64,000 bases of DNA. It comes from Lachnospiraceae bacterium (GTDB taxonomy: Bacteria > Bacillota > Clostridia > Lachnospirales > Lachnospiraceae). The stretch's first letter is position 1; each line of letters starts with the position of its first letter. Positions 18,001 through 26,646 of this stretch are shown one piece after another. Below the pieces are notes generated by a model, which was given only the letters and a program-made list of their open reading frames with translations, had not been told where the DNA came from and searched no databases. The stretch covers positions 16,962 to 80,961 of the forward strand of contig JAZQNM010000037.1 in the NCBI GenBank assembly GCA_045627305.1, given 5' to 3'. Made by a program: the position numbers and the translations under genes.

Positions 18001-18047
18001 TGTATGATTATTATGCTGCAGCAGAAGCAGTCGCCTATGGAAAGTAA
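15045..18047 (+). CDS. BspA-type leucine-rich-repeat surface protein
   Basis: ATG at 15045 after GGGAGGG. Signal peptide MRKRLSLLFVAFLTCLFLMTVKSLA. More than 20 repeats of the I.IP..V..IG..AF..C..L type. The C-terminal ~300 aa are non-repeat. I saw no LPXTG motif. Confidence 0.8.
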   Translation: MRKRLSLLFVAFLTCLFLMTVKSLAGEVPDFEIDENGVLVSYNGNAENVVIPDNVCRIGDRAFIDKRIKSVVMGSNVKEIGEEAFLYCVDLLYVTAPGIVAIEDKAFYECWKMVSFDLPDTVAHIGSYAFYHCQNLRLDSDSLPVALVTIGDSAFNDCPFTKVILHENVQSIGINPFEDCDNVIFEVSSENSRYADWGNALVDSVSKTLISASLRTSINSELTTIGAHAFANLPISSVEIPSNITMVQEGAFYQCLDLTTVTWPHNCQEIPKEAFYNCRKLNSIVFTQGYAITKIGERAFLNCLELESFVFCECTASVDDYAFSGSGLTEIDVYSTTVTLGNEVFLGAPAEMIMYGYLDSTAEQYAKKTKIFFVPFDEEDVFVIQDGILVDYIGMGGNIVIPEGVSAIAVDAFQGRSDITGVLLPNSLTELYPEAFAPCTLDMIKVKSNNPYFYSPCDEYGITGLYARHGIYSKEGNILLRGTNDGIVLYEANGIASYAFSGSNFEQITINTENSISIGANAFEGCEKLTLILTADKISGIQANAFSGIPDYAAFVGSPGTVAETYAKNNGYRFVELQADELFSYEIQVDEYDVTLVKLYGYTDCIVIPNGITRIATDALVEDISFDTSIKEIVLPETIHVLEDNAFIDCKDLVKINVPSSVTVIKGNPFLTISKSQLVLYVDEDSIAEEFAIANGYQYEYVTHTDYFPLLGNKMSLSQNITLTYVFDPEYLTHAKVTSNHIKARIVLEDGTILDNQELTTILYDGTTRAEAVQCQIPAKEMNDSFTIQLYNSETYHALSKPYSYSVAEYCNKYKTLYEAGLQSGEPFGSENELELVDVLMNYGKYAQIFFDYKADDIQPDEEALSSESEVLVAVTELDETYVSGDIPEGLVRVGVSLVLESEIEYRCYFMVTDADLAEPYMDELTPAQNGLYYVSKYVRICDLGDNQIFGLNEYNYEFFSTPLYYIRLCLNSSEDRNLRKLCCALYDYYAAAEAVAYGK

Positions 18048-18063
18048 ATAGAAGGATAATACA

Positions 18064-18095
18064 AATGCCACCCGAGAGTTATTTCGGGTGGCATT
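18064..18095. terminator. Bidirectional terminator hairpin between convergent genes
   Basis: Perfect 12-bp stem AATGCCACCCGA / TCGGGTGGCATT with an 8-nt loop. Confidence 0.7.
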
Positions 18096-18159
18096 ATTCA
18101 TGTATATCAGGAAATTGCTCTGCATTCCGGTTATACAAACTTGAGTTCACTATATTGAT

Positions 18160-19038
18160 TTACAATACTGTTACATCCTCCGGTTGTATCTTCCAATCAT
18201 TTCCGTATCCGGTTCCAAGAGATAGACCTGGCTTAACAGTACCATGGTAATCAGAGCCTCCGGAACGCTTCAGACTATATCGGAGTGCAAGAGAGCGGAG
18301 ATACATTTCCTCCTCGTTTCCATATGCGGAATACTTGGTTTCCATGGCATCCAGTCCATAGGAACAGAAGAATTCAATCATATTGCGAAGTTTCTCCGGG
18401 GAATAGCGGTATTGAAGCGGATGGGCCAGAACAGCAATCCCTCCGGCATTATGTATGGTTTCCAAAACAGTTTCCGGTTCCGAATAAGTCCTGTTTACAT
18501 AGAAAGGACAATTGTCTCCGACAAAGCGTGCAAAGGCATCCGAGAAATCCTTTGCGTAATGCTTTTCAACGAGTACACGTGCGAAATGAGCTCTTGTAAT
18601 CTCAGTATCGGATGAGAGCGAGAGTAGGTCCTCATAACTGATATCGTACCCCTTTTTCTGAAACCGTTTTATCATTTCACGATTGCGGTTTTCTCTTGAA
18701 TGAGTCGCCTGCTCCAAAAGGTCAAGTAATTGTATATTTTTGTTGTCTAAAAATAAACCAAGCACGTGAATATCCCTGTTACAATACGAAACAGAAAATT
18801 CACATCCGGGGATAAGTTTCAGATTAATTCCTGAGGCTTGCAAGGTAAGTATTTCCTTACTTGCCTCGTCAATTCCTGACACGGTATCATGGTCTGTAAC
18901 TGCGATGGTACTGAGACCGATTTCCGCTGCTTTTCGCATCAGTTCCGTCGGAGAGTCTGTACCGTCTGAAGCGGTAGAGTGGGTATGCAAATCGAAGCAG
19001 TTTTCGCATTCCTTTTGTATTTCAGCAAATTCTGTCAT
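18160..19038 (-). CDS. PHP-domain phosphoesterase (TrpH/YciV-like)
   Basis: DLHTHSTASDG, AVTDHD, HPL, GGSDYHG motifs. The ATG at 19038 has a G-rich RBS. Confidence 0.8.
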   Translation of the reverse strand: MTEFAEIQKECENCFDLHTHSTASDGTDSPTELMRKAAEIGLSTIAVTDHDTVSGIDEASKEILTLQASGINLKLIPGCEFSVSYCNRDIHVLGLFLDNKNIQLLDLLEQATHSRENRNREMIKRFQKKGYDISYEDLLSLSSDTEITRAHFARVLVEKHYAKDFSDAFARFVGDNCPFYVNRTYSEPETVLETIHNAGGIAVLAHPLQYRYSPEKLRNMIEFFCSYGLDAMETKYSAYGNEEEMYLRSLALRYSLKRSGGSDYHGTVKPGLSLGTGYGNDWKIQPEDVTVL

Positions 19039-19107
19039 TTTGCCCCTGCCTTTCACTATTTCTGAGCGTATTATAGCATTTTCCTTATGTGCAGGCAAAT
19101 GTTTTCG

Positions 19108-19136
19108 TTGCAGACATGCATGGAATTGAGTATAAT
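19108..19136 (+). promoter_or_regulatory. Near-consensus sigma-A promoter of the candidate sRNA
   Basis: TTGCAG, 17-nt spacer, TATAAT. Confidence 0.65.
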
Positions 19137-19142
19137 AACATT

Positions 19143-19368
19143 AAAGAAAATGATTCCTGGGGTGTGCGACAACTCCTGTATTTTTGAACCTACAACTTTT
19201 AAAAGGGATTCCTATATCGGTAAGTGGATGTCAGGCCTCCTTCGAGTGGAAGGCAGTAAGCTTACTTGCGGTCACCCACCTAGCTTGTGCTAGGAGTCAA
19301 GAAACAGGAAACGGCATTCTGGGAATTATGTGTGTATACCATACTTCGCAGTTTTGCGGAGTTTTTTT
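19143..19368 (+). ncRNA. Candidate structured small RNA (~225 nt, 6S-like rod architecture), identity unconfirmed
   Basis: It is bounded by the promoter above and the terminator CTTCGC-AGTTTT-GCGGAG plus T7 (19344-19368). The 5' arm 19153-19187 pairs with the 3' arm 19297-19326 (ATTCC/GGAAT, TCCTGT/ACAGGA, TTTTTGA/TCAAGAA). There is an internal bubble with the perfect hairpin CCTAGC-TTGT-GCTAGG (19279-19294) and an apical stem around 19218-19270. No ORF with an RBS is present. Confidence 0.5.
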
Positions 19369-19460
19369 GTATCATAAGAAAAGTAGTACATTTCCTATGA
19401 TATACAATGCTCTGCAAGGAAACACACGCCTGTGCAGAGGAATTTTATCGCAAACGATTG
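19369..19460 (+). repeat. Degenerate third copy of the three-hairpin intergenic element
   Basis: TTGTATCAT...CATTTCCTATGATA matches hairpin 1 of the 51.5-kb copy almost exactly. The core GCTCTGCAAGGAAACACAC resembles GCTCCGCTAAGGATGCACAC, and here it is closed by CTCTGCA/TGCAGAG. ATCG-CAAA-CGAT resembles hairpin 3. Confidence 0.4.
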
Positions 19461-19486
19461 TTCTATAACAGCAGTTGGAGGAGAGT

Positions 19487-22400
19487 ATGGCAGTCCATTT
19501 TATCATTGGAAGTGAAGGAAGCGGGAAGACGGAATATATGTACCGTGAGATGCTTTCACTTTGCGAAAAGAACAATGACCAATCAATCTATTATCTTGTT
19601 CCTGACCAGGCTACATTACAGGCCCAGAAGGAACTTGTTGCCATGCAGGAAAATGGCTGTGTTATGAACATTGATATTCTCAGTTTCAGTCGTCTTAAGT
19701 ATCGTCTCACAGAAGAACTCGGAGATTGCTTTCCGACTGTTCTTGATGATATCGGCAAGAGTATGATGCTTAAGAAAGTTCTTTTAGAACATGACAGTGA
19801 ACTGACTGTATATGGTTTAAAGCATAAAAAACAAGGCTTTGTCGATGAGATGAAATCCATGCTTTCCGAACTGCAGAGATATCTTGTGGATGCTGACCGT
19901 CTTAAGGATTTGAGTGCACAAAGTGACGACAATATTCTTTCCGGCAAGCTTGCGGATCTTTCTTTGATTCTTAAGGAGTTCAGAAAGCTTCTCGGAGATC
20001 GTTTCCTTACCGAAGAGGATGTTTATTCTGCAATGTGTGGTCCTGTGGAAAGGTCCCAAAAGCTGAAGAATTCTGCCATTTATCTGAATGGCTTTACCGG
20101 TTTTACTCCGTCTCAGTTTTTGCTGTTAAGAAGCTTAATGCGTGTAAGTGGGGATATCACATTTGCCTTAACTATGGATGCGGAGCAGTTCGGGAAGACC
20201 ATTCCTTCAACATCCATATTTCATATGACAGCGAAAACGATAGCGGGAATTCAAAAGATAGCAGACGAGGAAGGAATTCCTGTTGATAATGCAACCGTTC
20301 TGTTAAAGAATCCGGAAGAACCGGGGGCCCTTTCATTTTTAAAGAATAATCTGTTTCGCAGAAATGGTCGCATCTATCGTGAAAAATCTGATAATGTTGC
20401 CATTCGTTCCTTTGCAAACCGTTCCGAAGAGATTCGTGCGCTTATCGTGGAAATTGAACGGCTGATTCGTAAGGAGGGTTTAAGGTATCGTGAAATTGCG
20501 GTAATTTGCGGTGATGTTCCGGCATATTCGCAGGATATGATAGAAATGATGGAGGCGGCGGAAATACCTTTCTTTATAGACTATAAGACAGATGTAATGA
20601 ACAATCCGCTGATTGATTTCATTCGCAGTGCACTGCGGGTATTGGTAACGGATTTTCGAATGGACACAGTCACCCATTATACTAAGAATTGTCTTTCCGG
20701 ATATGATTATCTGACCGCCTGTCTTTTGGATAATTATATGCTTGCGAAAGGCGTTCGGGGTGCAGGAGCTTTTACTAAGGAGTTTCAATATCGTTACGAT
20801 ACCAGGCACGCTGACCCGCTTCCTAAGGTCAATGCGATTCGGGAACAGCTTGTTCAGGATTTGATGCCTCTGAAGGAAGCTTTTCATAATGCGGAAAATG
20901 TTTCGGAATATGTCCGTATCTTATATGATTTTGTTAAGAAACATAATTGCTATGGACAGTTGCAACTTCTTTCCGAACAGGTCGGAAAAGGAGAGCATCG
21001 TATTGCAGAAAGAAAGAGTGAAGAGTACCGCCGTATTTATGAAGTGGTAATGACTCTTTTCGATACTTTGAATGATTTGCTTGGACCGGTGGGACTGACG
21101 CTTTCTGAATTTGCCGAAGTATTGGATGCGGGTTTTCGGGAGTATCAGATGAGTATGATTCCATTGGGACAGGATTGTGTTCTTATTGGAGATGTAAAAC
21201 GTTCCCGCTTGAATGGGATTAAACATTTGTTCTTTCTTGGGGTAAATGACGGTGCGGTTCCTAGTAAGGGCAGTTCCTCGAAAATCCTTACCGACAAGGA
21301 AAGAGAACAGTTGAAAGAAGCTTCATTGGAACTTTCCGAGTTACCTAAAGACAGTGTTCCTACGGAGGAATTTTATCTTTATCTTGCATGCGCGAAACCG
21401 TCAGACGGACTTTCGATTTCTTATCGAAGAACGGACGGGAACGGTAAAGAAACTAAGCCTTCTTATATGGTTTATCGGATTTTGAATTTGCTTCCGGAAT
21501 TGAAGATTGGAAATGAATATACGGATGCATCCTTATTCAGTGAGATTGCATCCGATAAGGGGCGTAGAAGTGCTCTTAGGGCATTGCTTGGAGAAGGAGA
21601 TGTTACCGATTTCGCAAAAGAAATTCTAATGTGGTTTCAGTCCGAAGAAGGAAAAGAATATGTTCCATTTGCTTCGGAAGCAGTTGAAACAGCAAAAAAC
21701 TATCGGTTGATACCGACACAGATATCTCCCGATATTGTAAAAGCTCTTTATGGATATTGCCTAAAGGGTTCTGTTACTATGCTTGAGAACTATGCGGAAT
21801 GCGGTTTTAAAATGTTCCTCGGGAAAGGCCTGTCGTTAGAGGAAAGAGCAGAGTTTACGCCAAGCTTTTTGAAGATTGGAAATGCCATGCATGAAGCAAT
21901 CTGTGAGTACTCAAACGCTGTTATTGGCAGTGGAACGAGTTTTCATGAAATAGATTCGGAGCTGGCATTGGGACTTATGAATGCTGCAATCGATAAGGTT
22001 ATGACTAAAGATGAGTATGATGTATTCCGTTCCTCACGAAGAAATGGCTATATTGCCTATTGCCTGAAGAAGACTCTGTTACATTATACCGAGGTGGTTA
22101 AGGAACAGATTGATGGTGGAAATTTCGAACCTTCCGCCTTTGAAAGAGAGTTTCGATTTACCTCGGAGGATATGGAACTGAACGGAAAGATTGACCGTGT
22201 TGACACCTGTAATCATGATGGCAGAAATTATATAAAAATCGTTGATTATAAATCCTCGGATAAGGACATTGATTTCGGTAAGATTTTCCTTGGTATGCAG
22301 TTACAGCTTCCGGTATATATGGGGGAGATTATTCGTGAGAATGGCGATGCTACAGTGCCTGCTGCAATGTTTTATGCGCTGATTGGTAATCCTTATGTCG

Positions 22401-22861
22401 ATATCAGTGGAATAAAGAAGGAAGATATTGAGGATTTTGACGAGGCAATTGAATCGGCCAGAAATGAATGCCTGAAGCCTTCCGGGATTGTACTCTCAGA
22501 TGATTATGCACTGACATCATTAGATCATAATCTGCCACATGGAAGGGAAGGCTATCATTCCACAATTGTTCCGTTGGAGATTGATAAAAACGGCCAAATT
22601 CCGGATGTATACAGTGATGAGGAAATTCATTCCATAATACAATTCTGTAATGATAAAATGCATGCTCAGGCGGCGGAGATTATGAACGGCATCATTGAAA
22701 GAACGCCGGTTAAAAGTGGCAGGAGCAGTTCGTCCTGTACATTCTGCCCTTTTAATGATATGTGCAGAAATGTTTCGGAAAATGGAACACTTCCGCTTCG
22801 CGAGATTCCTAAGATGAGCAGAGAAGAGTTTTTCTCTGTAATCGGGAAGGAGGAAGACTGA
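19487..22861 (+). CDS. addB: Helicase-exonuclease AddAB, subunit AddB
   Basis: Degenerate N-terminal P-loop GSEGSGKT, C-terminal RecB-like nuclease (GKIDRVD..DYK), and Fe-S cysteines (C..CTFCPFNDMC). Directly upstream of addA. Confidence 0.9.
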   Translation: MAVHFIIGSEGSGKTEYMYREMLSLCEKNNDQSIYYLVPDQATLQAQKELVAMQENGCVMNIDILSFSRLKYRLTEELGDCFPTVLDDIGKSMMLKKVLLEHDSELTVYGLKHKKQGFVDEMKSMLSELQRYLVDADRLKDLSAQSDDNILSGKLADLSLILKEFRKLLGDRFLTEEDVYSAMCGPVERSQKLKNSAIYLNGFTGFTPSQFLLLRSLMRVSGDITFALTMDAEQFGKTIPSTSIFHMTAKTIAGIQKIADEEGIPVDNATVLLKNPEEPGALSFLKNNLFRRNGRIYREKSDNVAIRSFANRSEEIRALIVEIERLIRKEGLRYREIAVICGDVPAYSQDMIEMMEAAEIPFFIDYKTDVMNNPLIDFIRSALRVLVTDFRMDTVTHYTKNCLSGYDYLTACLLDNYMLAKGVRGAGAFTKEFQYRYDTRHADPLPKVNAIREQLVQDLMPLKEAFHNAENVSEYVRILYDFVKKHNCYGQLQLLSEQVGKGEHRIAERKSEEYRRIYEVVMTLFDTLNDLLGPVGLTLSEFAEVLDAGFREYQMSMIPLGQDCVLIGDVKRSRLNGIKHLFFLGVNDGAVPSKGSSSKILTDKEREQLKEASLELSELPKDSVPTEEFYLYLACAKPSDGLSISYRRTDGNGKETKPSYMVYRILNLLPELKIGNEYTDASLFSEIASDKGRRSALRALLGEGDVTDFAKEILMWFQSEEGKEYVPFASEAVETAKNYRLIPTQISPDIVKALYGYCLKGSVTMLENYAECGFKMFLGKGLSLEERAEFTPSFLKIGNAMHEAICEYSNAVIGSGTSFHEIDSELALGLMNAAIDKVMTKDEYDVFRSSRRNGYIAYCLKKTLLHYTEVVKEQIDGGNFEPSAFEREFRFTSEDMELNGKIDRVDTCNHDGRNYIKIVDYKSSDKDIDFGKIFLGMQLQLPVYMGEIIRENGDATVPAAMFYALIGNPYVDISGIKKEDIEDFDEAIESARNECLKPSGIVLSDDYALTSLDHNLPHGREGYHSTIVPLEIDKNGQIPDVYSDEEIHSIIQFCNDKMHAQAAEIMNGIIERTPVKSGRSSSSCTFCPFNDMCRNVSENGTLPLREIPKMSREEFFSVIGKEED

Positions 22862-22863
22862 TT

Positions 22864-25800
22864 ATGGGAATACAGTTGACAACTGAACAACAGATGGTTG
22901 TAGATGCAAAGACTTCTAATATTTTGGTCGCTGCAGCTGCCGGTTCCGGTAAAACAGCTGTTTTGGTTGAACGTATTATGAAAAAAATATGCGACAGGGA
23001 GCATCCGGTTGATATTGATGAAATACTGATTGTAACATTTACCATAGATGCCGCTTCGCAGATGCGTGACCGAATCCGAAAGGCAATTGATCTAAAACTG
23101 GCAGATAATCCATATGATGACAATTTGCTCCGTCAAAGTGAACGGTTGAATTTTGCATCTATTATGACACTTGATGCATTTTGTGCCGAGGCAGTAAAGC
23201 GGAATTTTCAGGCATTGAATATTGATCCTTCCTTCCGGATTTTAGAGGATGCAGAGGGGAAAATCCTGCGCGAACAGGCGATTGAAGAAGTCATTGAGGA
23301 GTTTCATGAGGCAGGGAATCCTCTGTTTTTTGAGATGCTTGAAATGTATTCCGGTAATCGAAATGATTCGGAATTGCGTGAATTGCTGAAGGATTTGATA
23401 GAATTTGCCAACAGTTCAACTTATCCGAATGAATGGCTTCGTTCTTCCGCAAATCATCTGCTTGCTATCCAAACATATGATGACTTACAGAATTCCGTTT
23501 TCATGAAACATACGCTTGACTCCATCAAAACGCGTCTTCAATCTGCGGTCAATCATATGTCTGATTTATTGGAATTGTGTCATAAGACCGCTGGTCCTTG
23601 GTTTTACGAAGATACATTTACTGATGATATTGCCTTTCTGAATTCTTTGATTAGGGAGCCTTCTTTTGCACAAATCGGAAGAATGATTAAGGAGCATAAA
23701 TTTGCCAGAATTGCTTCCGCACCGAAGAAAGAACCATTTAATCAGGTTTGGAAGGAATATGCGCAGGCACAGAGAGATATAATGAAAAAAACAGTAGCGG
23801 ATATCGAGAAGTCGTTTTTTAAGGACGATGTGGACAGATATGTCTCCGATATTCAGAACTGTGCACCCGTTGTCAGTATGCTTTGTGAGTTGGCTATTGC
23901 TTGCCGAGGCAGAATGCGTCAGAAAATGGATGAGGTCAATGCGTACGATTTTTCCGAAGTGGAGCATATGACATTAGACCTGTTCCTGGAGAATCATGAT
24001 GGTGTGATTGCATATACCGATATTGCAAGGAAATACCGTTCCTTCTTCAAGGAGATTATGGTTGACGAATACCAGGACTCCAACTATGTGCAGGAATTTT
24101 TCTTAAAAGCTGTTTCCGGAGAAGATGACGGAAAGCCGAACATGTTTATGGTAGGCGATATCAAGCAGAGCATATACAGATTCCGTATGGCAAGACCTGA
24201 ACTTTTTGTTGGAAAGTATGATAGTTTTGACAGTGATGAGGGAAGCGCCAACAGGAAGATTTTATTAAATCGAAATTTCCGTAGTCGCAAGATTATTTTG
24301 GATGGCGTAAATCGTGTATTTGCCAAGATTATGATGAAAAGTATCGGCGATGTCGAATATGATGAGAATGCCTTTTTGAAATATCGGAAGGACGAAGGTC
24401 CCGACGATAACGAAGAGCCTTACCATAATGAAATACTGCTTGTCAAACAGGACGAGGTGGAGTCAAAGGGTAATGCCGAAATTGCTGCCATTATCAAAAG
24501 AATTCGTGAACTGACGCATCCGGTTAACGGACTTCGGATTTCAGACGATAACGGCGGGCATACCGCACGCTTCAGTGATATTGCAATTCTTACAAAGACA
24601 AGATCTCCGGAGTATTATTCTCTGATCAATCAGTTGAATGCTTCGGGTATACCCGCATATGCAACCGAATCGAGCGGTTATTTCGAATCTGAAGAAATCA
24701 GCAATGTTCTTGCTTATTTGGAGATTTTGGACAATCCTTTGCAGGACATTCCATTTGCAACTGTTCTCGTAAGCCCGATGGTCGGATTTGATTACGATGA
24801 GCTGGCTCTTCTTCGCGTGTATGCAACGGAAAAGGAGAAGAGTACGCATACCGGCTATTCTTTTACGGTTCTACGCGAACTCTGTAATGCTGAGTACCTG
24901 CAGGAATGTTATTTTGGTATCCGTCAAAAGGGGAAGGCTTTCTTAAGATTTTACGATTCTTTGAAGGAAAAGTCCCTGTACCTTTCTGTTCCGGAACTGA
25001 TTACGGAACTGCTTCGTATGACTGGGTATCTGGACTATGTTTCCGTTATGCCTTCCGGAAGTATTCGGGAGAGGAATCTCAGGATGCTTGTTGAAAAGGC
25101 AAAGGATTTTACAAACGGTATCTTTACGGAATTGAGTGATTTCGTCCGATATATAGGTGATATGAAGAAATATCAAATCAGTCCATCAGGTGAATGTGCT
25201 GATGCAGGCAATGCCGTCCGCATGCTGACCATTCATGGTAGTAAAGGTTTGGAATATCCGATTGTTTTTCTTTTTCAGGCAGATAAATCTCTTCTTGGCG
25301 GTGGAAATGATAAGAAAGACTTTGTATGGGATACCGATCTTGGAATCGGAGCCGTTTCCAGATATGTGGACCGACGAATACAAAGTCATACATTTGCAGA
25401 ATCTTCCATCAATTATAAAGAAAGACTGGATTCCACCGGTGAAGCAGTACGTCTATACTATGTTGCCTTGACAAGAGCCAAGGAGAAACTGATTGTCGTA
25501 GGTGGACTTAAGATATCCGAATGGACGAAATATATCGGTGAATGTGTCGTTAAAAGAAACCGTCTGATATATGAATATATATACGGTGCACCTTCTTTCC
25601 TCAGCCTTTTACTGAGGTCGGTTCTGCCAGAGGCTGACGAGGAAAGTCTTGATAAAGCCAGACCGATAGGAAACCTTTGGTCCGCTTTTCCGGAACTGAT
25701 ATGCAAGGAATGGGTTGTTATACCGCAGGGCAATGAAGTTTTTGAATCATTGAAAACAGCTAAAGAAGATATTTCCAAGCTTTCGCAGGAGGCACAGGAA

Positions 25801-26535
25801 GAATCTATCGGTCTTCTTCGTGAATACTTTAATTATCAGTATCAGCATGTGAGCCAGGATATTCCGATGAAGGTTACCGTATCCGCACTGAAAAAGAGTG
25901 CGATGGAGGAATATGCGGTTGTATATGACCATCCAAATGTTAAAATTGAACATGCTGCTGAGGAAGAACCAATGCCTGCATTTATCAGCAGTTTTTCTGC
26001 AGAAACCAATGTCACGGGAGCAATGACCGGTACCTTTTATCACCGCCTTTTGGAATTGCATGATTACAGACGTGACGGGAGCGTGGAGGATTGTATTAAG
26101 GAGGCAGAGGAACTGGTATCCGGAAAGTATGTGGATAAGGCTGTACTTTCGGCTGTTTCATTTCAAAAGCTTTCGAATTTTTACAAATCTGACATCGGTA
26201 TCCGGCTGAAGAACGCTTATGAAAAGGGAACGCTGAAACGTGAACAGGCATTTGTCATGGATGTACCTGCCAATTTGGTTTCGGAGGAATATGATTGTAA
26301 CGAAAAGGTTTTGGTGCAAGGTATCATTGACGCATTTTTCAGAGAAGATGACGGCATTGTTCTTCTGGATTATAAGACAGACCGTGTTCCCAAGGGAGAG
26401 GACGAGCAGTATTTGATTGCACGTTACAAACTGCAGCTTCGTTATTATGCGGATGCAATTCGTCGTGCAACAGGGGAAAATGTGAAAGAATCATTAATTT
26501 ACAGTTTTGCTCTTCAAAAATTGATTCGTTTGTAG
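22864..26535 (+). CDS. addA: Helicase-exonuclease AddAB, subunit AddA
   Basis: UvrD/Rep helicase motifs (AAAGSGKT, VDEYQDSN, TIHGSKGLE, YVALTRAK) and a C-terminal nuclease (GIIDAF..LLDYKTD). Confidence 0.93.
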   Translation: MGIQLTTEQQMVVDAKTSNILVAAAAGSGKTAVLVERIMKKICDREHPVDIDEILIVTFTIDAASQMRDRIRKAIDLKLADNPYDDNLLRQSERLNFASIMTLDAFCAEAVKRNFQALNIDPSFRILEDAEGKILREQAIEEVIEEFHEAGNPLFFEMLEMYSGNRNDSELRELLKDLIEFANSSTYPNEWLRSSANHLLAIQTYDDLQNSVFMKHTLDSIKTRLQSAVNHMSDLLELCHKTAGPWFYEDTFTDDIAFLNSLIREPSFAQIGRMIKEHKFARIASAPKKEPFNQVWKEYAQAQRDIMKKTVADIEKSFFKDDVDRYVSDIQNCAPVVSMLCELAIACRGRMRQKMDEVNAYDFSEVEHMTLDLFLENHDGVIAYTDIARKYRSFFKEIMVDEYQDSNYVQEFFLKAVSGEDDGKPNMFMVGDIKQSIYRFRMARPELFVGKYDSFDSDEGSANRKILLNRNFRSRKIILDGVNRVFAKIMMKSIGDVEYDENAFLKYRKDEGPDDNEEPYHNEILLVKQDEVESKGNAEIAAIIKRIRELTHPVNGLRISDDNGGHTARFSDIAILTKTRSPEYYSLINQLNASGIPAYATESSGYFESEEISNVLAYLEILDNPLQDIPFATVLVSPMVGFDYDELALLRVYATEKEKSTHTGYSFTVLRELCNAEYLQECYFGIRQKGKAFLRFYDSLKEKSLYLSVPELITELLRMTGYLDYVSVMPSGSIRERNLRMLVEKAKDFTNGIFTELSDFVRYIGDMKKYQISPSGECADAGNAVRMLTIHGSKGLEYPIVFLFQADKSLLGGGNDKKDFVWDTDLGIGAVSRYVDRRIQSHTFAESSINYKERLDSTGEAVRLYYVALTRAKEKLIVVGGLKISEWTKYIGECVVKRNRLIYEYIYGAPSFLSLLLRSVLPEADEESLDKARPIGNLWSAFPELICKEWVVIPQGNEVFESLKTAKEDISKLSQEAQEESIGLLREYFNYQYQHVSQDIPMKVTVSALKKSAMEEYAVVYDHPNVKIEHAAEEEPMPAFISSFSAETNVTGAMTGTFYHRLLELHDYRRDGSVEDCIKEAEELVSGKYVDKAVLSAVSFQKLSNFYKSDIGIRLKNAYEKGTLKREQAFVMDVPANLVSEEYDCNEKVLVQGIIDAFFREDDGIVLLDYKTDRVPKGEDEQYLIARYKLQLRYYADAIRRATGENVKESLIYSFALQKLIRL

Positions 26536-26646
26536 TATATATAGAATGGCAACATTTGAATGGGTTGCAGTAAATAAGTGAAAATTGATTGAAGATAGAC
26601 GGTTGTGGGCAGTATGCAATCAGCAGTTGTTTAGTTGGAGGCTTTT

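Noticed and set aside
19215-19255. GTCAGGCCTCC...GGAAGGCAGTAAGC inside the sRNA candidate resembles the SRP RNA (ffs/scRNA) domain IV motif GUCAGGUCCGGAAGGAAGCAGC.
   Set aside because: The highly conserved GGAA tetraloop and the AGCAGC 3' strand of the symmetric loop are not reproduced: there is a UUCG-containing 7-nt loop and GGCAGU instead. No Alu-domain motifs are visible upstream. I treat it as chance similarity pending a cmsearch with RF00169/RF01854.
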